This document shows, in pieces, positions 35,511-49,708 of a stretch of DNA of 64,000 nucleotides; within the stretch, counting starts at the first letter, position 1, and each line of letters starts with the position of its first letter. The position numbers and the translations under genes were made by a program. The stretch is taken from the NCBI GenBank assembly GCA_951406725.2, contig OX597826.1:74896001-74960000 (forward strand). The letters are read 5' to 3'. A model generated the notes under the pieces. It was given only the letters and a program-made list of their open reading frames with translations. It searched no databases and was not told where the DNA came from. This DNA comes from Octopus vulgaris. Taxonomy: Eukaryota.

Positions 35511-37785
35511 CCAGCGAAACTGAGTTCTAGAAGCACTGCAGGTTCCACCCACATGTAACAACAATAAAAATTTTTCCACACCCTACCCCCACAAACCGAA
35601 CTACATCTTTTCTCCTCTTCATCATATTTCTTCTTTCCATACTCTATGCTTATGCTCATCCCTTGCTCCCTAATCCTGCCCTCACTGCCCTCCCTGCTCA
35701 CGGTATCATTGCCACCCTGTTGTCCTCCACCCCTTCTATATGCCCAGATTTTACCAATCACTGCATACCCCACCCCCACCACTCCTTGCATTCATGTGAA
35801 GTCTCTACTCCCTACTCATGCACCTTTGGCAATTCCCTACCGTTTATATTCTGACCCCGTATCTTGAAGGCATGTCCTTCCCTTTTGCCACTACTTATCT
35901 CTCCCTGGCTCTTCTCTTCTGTCCTATTTACATTGTGATCCCCGGACCATGTGAGCACACCCTGGCACTTTATCACTATCTCTCTCCTGCTCTTTTGCTC
36001 TCTTCCTCTCTTCCTCTTGATCTATACCTCTGACTAGTTGACCATGTATCTCCTCTACAGCAACACACCCATTACTGGCCTCAATCATAATCACTCCTTT
36101 TCTCTCTCTCTCTCTCATCCAGTAATCATGTACTTCCTCTACAGCAAGACACCTGTTACTCTCTCCCTGTCACACACCAACCTTTCATCATCTGGCACAA
36201 GATCACCTCCTCCAATGTCCCCTCCCCTCTCAAAGGATCTTTGTCTTGCAAGTTACTTGGTGACCCTGCCACGTATAAAGTATCCAGTCCACATTGTAAA
36301 GTGGTTGGCATTTGGAAGGACATCCAGCTGTAAAAACCATGCCAAAACTGACCTCGTCAGTGCTGGTGTCATGTAAAAGGCACTCAGTCCATTCTGCGGC
36401 ATGGTTGGTGTTAGGAAGGGCATCAAACCATAAAAACCGTGCCAAAACAGGACAGTGAAACCTAATGCAATCTTCTGGCTAGCCAGCTCCTGTCAAAGTG
36501 TCCAACCCATGCTGGTAAGGAAAACGGATGTTAAATGACGATGACGACGACGATGATGATGATGATGATGATGACAGTCCTATGTTATTATCACACAGGA
36601 AAGAGAATGCTAACACTTATCACACAGGCAGCTCTGTGTATGCTGTTATCACATAGAAAACAGAATGTTCACAGTTATCACACAAACAACCCTGTGTATG
36701 TTTTTATCACACAGGCAGTAGAATGCATACAGTTATCATGCAAACAACCCTTGAGTATGCAGTTATCACACAGACACCCCTGTGAATGTTGTTATCACAC
36801 AGAAAATAGAATGTCACACAGACAGCCCTGCATACGTTGCTATCACATAGAGAAAACAGAATGCACAGAGTTATCACACAGACACCCCTGTGTATGCTGT
36901 TATCACACAGAAAACAGAATGTCACACAGACAGCCCTGCGTACGTTGCTATCACATAGAGAAAACAGGATGTGCAGAGCTATCACACAGGCAGCCTAGCA
37001 TATACAGTTATCACACAGTGAACCATATGTTTACAACAAGCACACAGACTAGGTATATGCAGTCTGCAGATATGCTTAAGAGTTTCTAAACAATATCTTC
37101 CATATATAGAATAAGATAATTAATTTTCCTGCAAGCTGAGTCAACGAGAATAGTCAGAGCTTTTTTTGGAGTGTTTGAAGTGTGAACTGTGTTAAATATA
37201 GCCATAAAAATAGAGAACCAAGTTATGGAAAGAAAAAAAAGTTGATAAATACTGTGTTATAAATGGCAAATAAATAGTTTAGACCATGATCGTTCTTGTG
37301 GAAGAAGTTAAAATTGAAGAAATCTAAAGATACCACACAACGTATCATGAGAAAGTTAAGACAACTTGACTGTGAATGAAGCAAAAGGTCAAGAATAGCA
37401 ACCAGTTATGATAAGTCTGTGGAAAGGGTTACTGGGCGAAGGATGCAATGAGGTAGTTTAAGATGTCATTAATATTACACAGTGAATGGAACGATATAGA
37501 ATGAGATAATGAGGGAAGATAAGCAATATGAAGACTAGAATGAAATCAAAATTACCATCAGAATTGCTGACAAGATTAAACTACAGACTAAAGTAAATGA
37601 AAGAAAAAAAAAAGAGAGAAAAAAAGAGGCAATGAAAAAAATGATTACTTTCAGCCAAAACCAGATTGTTATTTATAAAAGAAAACAGATTAAGTCTTGT
37701 CAAAGATCCATCAAAATGGGAAAACATCCAAGCATGTCTGTCTGTCTGACTGTCTATCTATCAATCTACACACACACATATATAC

Positions 37786-37832
<47 letters not shown>

Positions 37833-37889
37833 GAGAGAAAAAGATGAAGAGAAGGGAAATACGTGTATATGTTTGTGTGTGTGGGTGCA

Positions 37890-37940
<51 letters not shown>

Positions 37941-38090
37941 CCATCTATTGTTGCCAACAATGATCTCTCTCTATATATGTGTGTGTTTGTGTACATGTTT
38001 GTGTGTGTGTGTGTGTGTGTTATATATATTCATTGCAAAGTACTGGGTTAGACGTAAACCCTAAACATATATACAAGTGTGCACTGTACA

Positions 38091-38130
<40 letters not shown>

Positions 38131-38192
38131 AACCAGCCTTCCCCATTTTTAATATATAGTGCTCTACATCTTAGAGAATGGGAATACGTGTA

Positions 38193-38225
<33 letters not shown>

Positions 38226-38298
38226 CTTCCCACCCATCTATTGTTGCCAACAATGATCTCTATATATATGTGTGTGTGTGTATCTATATATCTATCTA

Positions 38299-38335
<37 letters not shown>

Positions 38336-38557
38336 GCGTGTGTGTGTCTGTGTTTGTCCTCCTAGCATTGCTTGACAACCGATGCTGGTGTGTTTATGTC
38401 CCCGTTACTTAGCGGTTCGGCAAAAAGAGACCGATAGAATAAGTACTGGGCTTACAAAAGGATAAGTCCCCCGGGGTCGAGTTTGCTCGATTAAAGGCGG
38501 TGCTCCAGCATGGCCGCAGTCAAATGACTGAAACAAGTAAAAGAGTAAGAGAGTAAA

Positions 38558-38613
<56 letters not shown>

Positions 38614-39588
38614 GTTACATAACATATACGAATATCTAACTTCTAAAGGTCCCTATTGACAAAGAGACACATGCACAATAATACACACCACACATTAGCA
38701 GAAAGAGAATTGATGGTTTTATATACGGAAATTAGCATCCTTTACTTTCCTCCTCTTCCTCTTCCTCCTCCTCCTTCTTTCTTCTTGTGGCTTACTAAAT
38801 TGTGAAGTAAGTCATGAGTCTTTCTTGTGAGGGGGGAGAAAAAAATGGATAAAATAACGATCAAGAGAAGAAGAAGAAGAAGAAGAAGAAGAAGTGATGT
38901 AATCTTGAATGTTCTTCTGCATTCCATTGTTGCTGCCGTATTTATGAAATATTACATCCGAGTGCAGTTGTTGGTGCAGATGAGTTGCACGTGTAATAAC
39001 GATGGCAAGCTAATTTAGTCTAATAACAGTCTGCAGATAAGAATTGGCAGTTTTACTGTGAATACCTGATTGTGGGGGGTGACTGTGTTTTAACAAACAC
39101 CCGCTTACGATTACAGATGGCAGAGATGAGAGTTATGATAAACACACACACACACACATACACATACACACATACACATACACACACACACACATACACG
39201 TACACACACATACACACACACACACACACAATATTAAAAGCACACATACACACGCAATATTTAAAAAAAACATACATGCAATATCAAAGAAAAACACATA
39301 CACACACTATTAAAAAAACACACATGCAGAATATTAAAAAAGACACATGCACACACAATACTAAAAAAACATACACGCACTTAACATAAGCCTGCAATAG
39401 GTAACACACATACATACACATAACGTAAGTGCACTTATATAATAAGTACATACACACACACACACACAAGTAGAAACACACGTGACATAGATACAGACAT
39501 TCTTTGGAAAGGCACGTAACATAAACACAATTATACATTGTGTACAAATACACACACACATACACACCCACACACACACATACACACC

Positions 39589-39619
<31 letters not shown>

Positions 39620-40886
39620 ACACACACATACACACAATTGAAACATGATATAAACAAACACACACACAACATAAGCAAATATGCTCACAATAGAAACACA
39701 AATAAAAACAAACACACCTACCCCCACCCACTCACCCCCACACCCACACACAGAATAGAAACACACATAAAAAAACACATACAGAAACAAACACAGCTTC
39801 CACAATAGGTACACATACACCACAGAGGCAATAACACACGTAACATAAATACACACACACTTTAGAAATATCCATAGCATAAACACACACACATACACAC
39901 ACACCCAATGGACACATATAACTTAAACAAACACACTCATATAAAGTAAACAAACACACACACACACTCACCCCTCACCACCACCCCCGGGGGCCACCCC
40001 AGTTAAACAAATATTAACATCAAAATTACACAAGGTACACAGGAGACAAAAAAGATGCTTTAAAAGATGACATCATCATCATCATCATCATCAACCTCAT
40101 CCTCATCCTCATCATCATCATCATCACCGTCATCATCATCATCATCCTCATCATCATCCTCATCCTCATCCTCATCATCATCATCCTCATCATCATCATC
40201 ATCATCATCACTAATTGTTGTTATTGATAACATCATCATGAATGTAGCCATTAGTGACGTCACCATCATCATCATCATCATAATCATCATCGTCACCAAC
40301 ACCACCACCACCACCGCCGACACCACCACCACCGACACCACCACCACCACTGCAGTTTTTATAGATTTAATCACCATCGCCCTCGTTGTAGGTATTGATG
40401 TCATCATCAGTCACACCATTGCTCTACTAAGTTTTACTATTTAATAACGAGAAGAACAGGTGATTGGGGAGAAGGCCATCATCACCATCATCATCATCAT
40501 CAACATCATCCTTTAACATCCCTTTTTTATTTCTATTTCTCCATGCTGGCATGGGTCGGATGTCCTGACATGAACTGACAAGCCACAAGGCTGTGCTGAG
40601 CTCCAATGTCTACTCGCGTATGGTTTCTACAGCTGGATGCCCTCCCTAATGCCAGAATCTACTGGGAGCATTTTTCACGGCACCAGCATAGGTGGGGTTC
40701 ACCAAATACCTGCAAGACAAGATCCCTGAACTGAGTGGGGTCGGGTATAAGTATGATTGAGGGATATGGAAGTATGGTAGAGGGACAGGAGTGAGTGTCT
40801 TGCTGAAGAAGTGAATACATGAAAAAGAAAGAGAGATGTGGGGGTCAAGGTAAGAGGTGAATTTGAGAGACAGAAATAGGATAGAG

Positions 40887-41811
40887 TAGTGGTCCTCAGC
40901 TGGGGGTCCACATGGCCTTTAGGGGTCCTTATAAGATTTTGTTGTGAACATTTATGTGCAATTGCTTGATTAAATTTCTACAATACATAAAATACTCTTT
41001 TCTACTCTAAGCACAAGGCGTGAAATTTTGGGGGAGGGTGCCAGTCGATTAGATTGACCCCAGTACGCAACTGGTACTTATTTTATCGACCCCGAAAGGA
41101 TGAAAGGCAAAGTCAACCTCTGTGGAATTTGAAATCAGAACATAAAGGCAGATGAAATACCTATTTCTTTACTACCCACAAGGGGCTAACCACAGAGAGG
41201 ACAAACAAGGACAGACAAACGGATTAAGTCGGTTATATCGACCCCAGTGCGTAACTGATACTTATTTAATCGACCCCGAAAGGATGAAAGGCAAAGTCGA
41301 CCTCGGCGGAATTTGAACTCACAATGTAGCCGCAGATGAAATACCGCTTTGCATTTCACCCAGCATGCTAATGATTCTGCCAACTCACCACCTTACGGAA
41401 AGTAAATATTCATTTTTTTATTACCCACATGGGGCTAAACATAGAGGGGGCAAACAAGAACAGGCAAAGGGATTAAGTCAATTACATCAACTCCAGTGCG
41501 TAACTGGTACTTATTTAATCGACCCCGAAAGGATGAAAGGCAAAGTTGACCTCGGTGGAATTTGAACTCAGAACGTAAAGATAGACGAAATACCTCTAAA
41601 CATTTCTCCCAGCATGCTAACATTTCTGCCAGCTTGCCACCTTACAATACATAATATATTGTAACAATTTTGATATACAATTCCAAATAACATTTAAGTA
41701 TAAAAATATAATCATTTTCTTTTTTTTTTTACCATTGGATGAGTATGAGGGTCCACCCAAGTAAAATAGGAATCGAAGGGGTCCATAGGCAAAAAAAGTG
41801 GACAACCACCA
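40887..41811 (-). mobile_element. hAT-type MITE, same family as 24924-25464, with a nested tandem SINE cluster
   Basis: Exact 8-bp TSD ggatagag at 40879-40886 and 41812-41819; shares the ggacccctttgattcctattttact segment in inverted orientation. Confidence 0.78.
41000..41645 (-). mobile_element. Head-to-tail cluster of three units of a third SINE family (Meta-domain-like); similar cluster at 31590-32010, single copies near 7930, 27800, 56450 and 63440
   Basis: Repeated ggtacttatttaatcgaccccgaaaggatgaaaggcaaagtcgacctcggcggaatttgaactc. Confidence 0.7.
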
Positions 41812-42626
41812 GGATAGAGGAACAGAAAACACAGGGAGGTAAGAGTACAGGAATGGAATATAGTGTGACAGATAATAAGAGATGGATATTGAGTTGGATG
41901 CAATAGGGGTCAGTTTGGAGAGAGGAAATGAAGGAAAGGAAATAAAAGACTCCTCTAAAAGAAAATAAATCCAACTTTCTATGACTGGAATTCCCAAACA
42001 AACCCTACAAGTCCTCAATATTCACAAGCAGCTGGTATCTTTTTATCATTTATTTGTTTCAGTCATTGGACTATGCCCATGCTGGGGCACCACCCTGAAG
42101 GGTTTAGTGGGACAAATTAACCCCAGTACTTAAGTCTGGTGCATATTCTATCGGTGTCTTTTGCTGAGCGGTTGAGTTACGGGGACATAAGGAAACCAAC
42201 ACTGGTGATCAAGTGATGTGTAGGACAAACACAGACACACAAAAACATATATATATATATATATGATGGGTTTCTTTCAGTTTCTAACTACCAAATCCAC
42301 TCACAAGGTTTTGGTAGAAGACACTTGCGCAAGGTGCCACACAGTGGGACTGAACCTGGAACCATGTGGATGGAAAGCAAGCCTCTTACCACACAGCCGC
42401 GACTGCACCTATATATATGTATATATATATGTGTATATATATATATCATCATCATCATCATCATTTAGCGTCCGTTCTCCATGCTAGCATGGGTTGGACG
42501 GTTCAACTGGGGTCTGTGAAGCTGGAAGGCTTCATCAGGCCCAGTCAGATCTGGCAGTGTTTCTACGGCTGGATGCCCTTCCTAACACCAACCACTCCGT
42601 GAGTGTAGTGGGTGCTTTTTACGTGC

Positions 42627-42769
<143 letters not shown>

Positions 42770-42813
42770 GTATATATATATATTTTTTTTTTTTTTTTAT
42801 GTATGTATGTATG

Positions 42814-42928
<115 letters not shown>

Positions 42929-43213
42929 AGCTCCATCACAGTTTCTGTCTATCAAATCCACCCACAAGACATTGATCGGCCCAGAGTTTCTGTCCCACTG
43001 TGAGGAATTGAAACCATGGGGGTGCAAAGCAAGCTTCTTAACCGCACAGCCATGCCTTCATAATCACAAATATATCAACAGGAATTGCCAAAGTTGCCAT
43101 TCTGATTCCTTGCAAAAGATTTCATTCTTTGGCTCAGAACCCAGGAATTGACTCCTATGTGTCATTGACACTTCTGATTTTGATTCCCACTATAACAGCA
43201 ACTGCTGCTGTTG

Positions 43214-43253
<40 letters not shown>

Positions 43254-43356
43254 AACAAACTGCCAAGTGAAGGTCATGGTTTAAGAGTTGGCAGAGAGGT
43301 AGCTTTCTCTCCAACAACTGATGTGTAAATATCTAGTTTAGAACACACAAACAGTT

Positions 43357-44622
43357 ATGGGTTGCCCAGGTCTGCAATGCAGTACATCTATCAATTTAAA
43401 CGTCCCGGCATTCTAGCATGGGTTGCCCAGGTCTGCAATGCAGTACATCTATCAATTTAAACGTCCCGGCATTCTAGCATGGGTTGCCCAGGTCTGCAAT
43501 GCAGTACATCTATCAATTTAAACGTCCCGGCATTCTAGCATGGGTTGCCCAGGTCTGCAATGCAGTACATCTATCAATTTAAACGTCCCGGCATTCTAGC
43601 ATGGGTTGCCCAGGTCTGCAATGCAGTACATCTATCAATTTAAACGTCCCGGCATTCTAGCATGGGTTGCCCAGGTCTGCAATGCAGTACATCTATCAAT
43701 TTAAACGTCCTGGCATTCTAGCATGGGTTGCCCAGGTCTGCAATGCAGTACATCTATCAATTTAAACGTCCCGGCATTCTAGCATGGGTTGCCCAGGTCT
43801 GCAATGCAGTACATCTATCAATTTAAACGTCCCGGCATTCTAGCATGGGTTGCCCAGGTCTGCAATGCAGTACATCTATCAATTTAAACGTCCCGGCATT
43901 CTAGCATGGGTTGCCCAGGTCTGCAATGCAGTACATCTATCAATTTAAACGTCCCGGCATCTGCATGCAGTACATCTATCAATTTAAACGTCCGCATTCT
44001 AGCATGGGTTGCCCAGGTCTGCAATGCAGTACATCTATCAATTTAAACGTCCCGGCATTCTAGCATGGGTTGCCCAGGTCTGCAATGCAGTACATCTATC
44101 AATTTAAACGTCCCGGCATTCTAGCATGGGTTGCCCAGGTCTGCAATGCAGTACATCTATCAATTTAAACGTCCCGGCATTCTAGCATGGGTTGCCCAGG
44201 TCTGCAATGCAGTACATCTATCAATTTAAACGTCCCGGCATTCTAGCATGGGTTGCCCAGGTCTGCAATGCAGTACATCTATCAATTTAAACGTCCCGGC
44301 ATTCTAGCATGGGTTGCCCAGGTCTGCAATGCAGTACATCTATCAATTTAAACGTCCCGGCATTCTAGCATGGGTTGCCCAGGTCTGCAATGCAGTACAT
44401 CTATCAATTTAAACGTCCCGGCATTCTAGCATGGGTTGCCCAGGTCTGCAATGCAGTACATCTATCAATTTAAACGTCCCGGCATTCTAGCATGGGTTGC
44501 CCAGGTCTGCAATGCAGTACATCAATCAATTAAAACAACCCGGCATTCTAGTATGGGTTGACCAGGTCTGCAATGCAGTACATCTATCAATTAAAACGTC
44601 CTAAACATGTTAGCATGGGTTG
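43357..44622. repeat. Homogeneous 61-bp minisatellite, about 21 copies
   Basis: Unit catgggttgcccaggtctgcaatgcagtacatctatcaatttaaacgtcccggcattctag; one deleted unit near 43960. Confidence 0.97.
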
Positions 44623-47600
44623 AAGTAGGTTTAATAAAACATGGGAAGGGTGTTTTAGTGGTGGTGACGAGAGGAGGGGGGTAGAAGGAGAGAGGGAGGG
44701 AGGGAGGGGTAGGTGAGACACGAAGGCTGGTAGATGGTGTGATCAAGGTGTGTAAAATCTTTCTGAATTCAATGATTCGCACAACAATTGGCAACATGTC
44801 TAACAAGTGTGGAGAGAAATAGCTCACCTCATACATCTTCATAACATCTGTCACTTTACTACACACACACACACACACACACACAGAGCTAAACTCCAGT
44901 CACAATTGAAGCCATATTACATACACTATGTGTATGTTTGCATGTGTGTGTGTATGCACGTGTGTGTGTGTGGTTTGTTTTATCTCAATTAAATGTATCT
45001 CCACCTCTCTCCCTCTGTCTCTTTCTTTCTTTCTTAGAGTCTTCTTCCACTTCAGGCTTCTGTCTAGGAGGCTGCACCAGGCCCCAATCTGATCAGGCAG
45101 TGTTTCTACAGCTGGATGCCCTTCCTAACGCCAACCACTCCGAGAGTGTAGTGGGTGCTTTTTACATGCCACCAGCACAGGAGCCAGTCAGGCAGCCCTG
45201 GCACTGATCACGTTCGGATGGTGCTTTTTATGTGCTACTGGCATGGTGGCCAGTCAGGTGGCCCTGGCATCAACCATGTTCAGATAGTGCTTTTTGCATG
45301 CCACCAGTACAGGAGCCAGTCAGGGTCCACTGGTATCGACCATGTTCGGATGATGCATTTACATGCCACCGGAATGGGAGCCAGTCAGGCGGCCCTGGCA
45401 TCGATCACGCTTGGATAGTGCTTTTTATGTTCCACGGCATGGGAGCCAGTCAACGGCACAGGCATCAGCCACATTTGGCTGGTGCTTTTTATGTGCCACC
45501 GTCACGGGACCCATTCAGGGGGCACTCGCATTGATCACATCTGGATTGTGCTTTGTACTTGCCACCAGCACAGAAGCCAGTCGGATGATGCATTTTATGT
45601 GCAACCGGTATGAGAGCCAGTCAGGTGACACTGGCCACAGCTACAATTTTGGTTTCACTTGACTCAACAGGTCTTCTCAAGCATATCATATCGCCTGACA
45701 CATCAAAGGTACTTTTAAATGGGCTGGACATGCAACACTGGCATCAGCCATGGCTGCGATCTCACTTTAAAGAAGACTTAGCTACTATTTTTAGTAAGTG
45801 TTCACATAGAGACTCTCTTGTTTTCTCTCACGTTGTTGTCGTTGTTTAAAACCCTGTCCCCACCCAACCCAGGTCAACCTTGATTGAACAGCTCTATGAT
45901 GAAAGACATTACAATTGTAACAAGTCCTTCTTTTCAGGAATATTTAGGACAGTAGTTGCTAATGTATCCTGTTTTAAATAAGAAATTATGGTGTGATTTC
46001 AGGGGGGGGGGGGAGGGTTAAGCCACCACTTGCTATTTCTAGCGTACGTTGTTGTTTTTGCTGTTGTTGTTGTGGTGGTGGTGGTATGTTGCTCTTGGTG
46101 GTATTGATAGTAGTTTGGGTAGTTGTATGGATAGTGTTGTTGTTGTTGTTGTTGTTAGTGGTGTAAGAGTTTTGGTGGTAGTAGTGGTAGTTTAAGTGGT
46201 AATAGTTGTGGTATTGTTGTTGTTGATGGTGGTGGCAGTGGTGGAGGTGGTGGTGGTGGTAGTGGTGAAGGTGGCGGTAGTAGTGGTAGTGGTGGTGATG
46301 GTGGTGGCAGCAGTGGTGGTGGGGACAGCAGTGGTGGTGAGGGCAGCAGTAGTGGTAGTAATGGTGGAAGTGGTGGTGGTGGTGGTGGTGGTGGTGGCAT
46401 TAATAATTTTTTTTTTGTTCTTACAAAACCTCGTTTGTGGATCTTAACGGGGTTATTAACCAGATCCCGTATTACAAATGTTGGAAGTTGGAGGTCAGAA
46501 ACATGAAAATATCTGGCATATATCGGAAAACTGTTGACTAAAATTAACATTATAAATAAACTCTGTGTGTGTCTTCCTTCCAGTAAGAGGTGGTGGGCAC
46601 AACAACCAAATAAGAATAATGCATATAATACACACACACACACCCAGACAAACATTCACACACAAACATACTAACAATAAAAATCGACCGACCTGCTCTC
46701 CTAATGAATATGTTGATAATTTCATATACATTGAAGCGATAATTAAGTCAATATGCCATTTATAACAATCGGGGAAATTAAACTTAGCTTGTTCCACCAG
46801 CTTGAATGATAAAATATTTTGGCTGGCAGAAGGTAACACCTTGTAATTTCTCCCATACAAACAATATGCTATTGATTAGAACCGACTTTTTTGGTGTAAA
46901 TGAATTATTACCTGTCCTGCAGTTTATGACATACGTTTCTTGTTTAAATATACAAAAGGTATAGGATATATAGGTGTATACAGGTAGGATAGACAGGTAG
47001 GATATATATATAGGTGTATATAGGTAGGATATATGTGGAGACACTCTTGTTCCCTCTCATGTTGTTGTTGTTGTTGTTGTTGTATAAACCCCCACTCACC
47101 ACCTACCCCACTACCCAGGTAGGGGCACTGAAAGGGGTCTCAGAAGGTAGCGTCCCTGCCTTCCTGAGCTAGTTTTTCACCACATTTCTTAAAAATCGTA
47201 GTAGAGGCCTTGGTCTCGAGACCACTCATGTCTAGAAACTGAGGTTGGGGGGGGGGTAAACAAGAGCATGCTTCCCATAGAAAATCCAGCTCCAAAAAAA
47301 GCCTCATGATAGCAAGGGGGAATGGGCACCAGTCAGCCCAAAGGTTGGGGTGGGCTGCACCTGCCTACCTTGGTTGCTATGGCACTGAGGTAGATCCAGC
47401 CACCCCCGATAACGGGGACAAAACCCAGATTTAAAACACTGGATGGTGATGATGACATAGAATAACGGATTGTAGTTTACATTTAGACATTTTTAATTTT
47501 GGTCAAATTGGAAATGAAAAACAATAGCAGAAGATTCTGGCAGAAAAGTGCTTTCACCAAGAAATAGTTCTTGTTGAAAAAAAACCAAGGCTAGTGCAGA

Positions 47601-47817
47601 TCAAGAGGATATGTGAAGAAAGGCTTTCCAATTGTGATCATCACCTCTTTTTTTATATCCTTCAGATATACTTCCCAACCATGAGGCCTGAGTCTTGTTG
47701 CGTGGCGCCTTGGGCAAGTGTCTCCTACTATATATAACTCTGCTGGGCCGACCAAAGCTTTCTGAGTGGATCTGGTAGACAAAAACTGAAAGAAGCCCAT
47801 TGTGTGTGTGTGTGTAT

Positions 47818-47861
<44 letters not shown>

Positions 47862-48333
47862 GTGTGTGTGTGCGTGTGTGCGTGTGTGTGTACATCCTTG
47901 TGTTGGTATCACATGATGATTGAAAATAAGTATCACCATCATACAAGCAATGCTGTTCATTTCCAATGCCCCACAAAAACATGTCTGGCCTGTGGGGAAA
48001 TATTGCCTTGCTTGGAAACAGGTAAGGGTTGGTGACAGGAAGGGCATCTGACCATAGAAAATGTACTTCAACAAATTCAATCCAATCCATACAAGCATGG
48101 AAAAGTGATGCTTCCAGTAAACAGCAGTGAGGTGTTTAGTACAGAAAGCCAGGAGAGGTAAGTGTTTAGAATTGAGTAGGTAGGTGTTCAGAACAAAGAG
48201 ATAGAGGAGGGTGGTGGTTAGGGAGGTGTTCAGTTTAAGGGAGGGCATTTAGTATAGAAAGGAAACAAACCCCAAAAGTAAAGTCCAATTTGTGAAGCTA
48301 ATCAACAAACAGAGCAAGGATCAATTTATCACA

Positions 48334-48411
<78 letters not shown>

Positions 48412-48889
48412 GTGTGTGTGCGTGTGTTTAGGGGAAGGGGTTATCATCAAGGTGAAACGACAGATTCATGAGACATCAATGTTAGATATGAGTCAACGTT
48501 AGAAACTTTGCCCTCACATTTTCTTCAACAATTCACAGTGATTAACGAGAGAGAGAGTTTATCAAAATTCCCTCCGAGTTAACAATGATTGAAATATATT
48601 TTAGTTCCAAAGATTACAACAGAGAAAGAGAAGGGGGGAGAGAGAGAATGGTTACCATCTTCAATAGTTGACTTTTAGTAAATCTGTGGAACACAACTAG
48701 ATAATGGAGTTAGTAAAAGCTATTGAAAAATGGTAGCAGCAGAACAATAAGAGACACACAGATTCCACAGATTAATGCCATTAACCTTAGCTATTTCACT
48801 CTACTGAAATATTTCGTGAACGGCATAAAAGAACATGCGTGTTCTCTATGCAAGTGTACATGTGTATATAAATGCATGAGATTGTGCAT

Positions 48890-48923
<34 letters not shown>

Positions 48924-49451
48924 TATGTGTGTGTATGTTAAGTGTGCTTACTGGGAACAAGACTGCTTTACTTCCAGCTTTTTCTAACAGTTTCTTTTGT
49001 ATGTTTTTACGAAATATTATGTATTTTGTTCAAAATGAAACCATTTTACTGTACAGTGTGTATTGTAGAGAGTGATGTAATACTGTGCAATGTATTACAA
49101 TGTTGTATAACATCATCATGGCACTATGTCGGTTACAATGACAAGGGTTCCAGTTGATCCGAGCAACAGCCTCCTCGTGAAATTAACGTGCAAGTGGTTG
49201 AGCAGACATGTGTACCCTTAATGTAGTTCTCGAGGAGATTCAGCATGACACAGAAGGTGACAAGGCTGGCCCTTTGAAATACAGGTACAACAGAAACAGG
49301 AAGAAAGAGTGAGAGGAAGTTGTGAAAGAAAACAGCAGAGTTTTCACTCAATAAACACTCACAACGAAACCACAATCCTATGACAGCAAATCTACGGCCC
49401 AAACCACAGGGCCACTGCACCTCCACATAACATCATACAACATTCTACAAT

Positions 49452-49708
49452 ACAGTTCTATATTTAAGAGATGAGGAATTATTTACATTATTTACATTTG
49501 ATGTATATTTGTCCTCATCTTGTTTGTTGTTAACACGTTTCAGCTGATATGTCTTGGGTCCTCATTCTTAAGATATTTTTCAATGTTGTTGTTGTTGTTA
49601 TTATTATTATTAATATTATTATTATTATTATTATTCAGGTCACTACTTGGAATCGAATTCAGAATCTTGGGGTTAGTGGCCCGTGCTCTTAACCACTACG
49701 CCATATGT
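49452..49708 (-). mobile_element. Hammerhead element copy with an internal deletion removing CUGAUGA
   Basis: Reverse complement has the tRNA-like head, (AAT)n and 3' end, but reads cccaagac-atatcagctgaaacgtgtt. Confidence 0.75.

Larger units (their letters stand above)
32740..37030. repeat. Old degenerate ttatcacacag minisatellite split by nested insertions
   Basis: Motif dense at 32860-32980, 33330-33420, 34665-34905 and 36575-37020, separated by SINE, Tc1 and RTE pieces. Confidence 0.75.

Noticed and set aside
36535-37089. 184-aa Cys/His-rich ORF
   Set aside because: Read-through of the ttatcacacag minisatellite
40026-40444. Poly-Asp, poly-Ser and poly-Met ORFs
   Set aside because: (CAT)n and (CAC)n trinucleotide repeats with no splice or homology support
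43357-44622. Possible CRISPR-like array
   Set aside because: Units are contiguous and identical with no unique spacers; eukaryotic context with no cas genes
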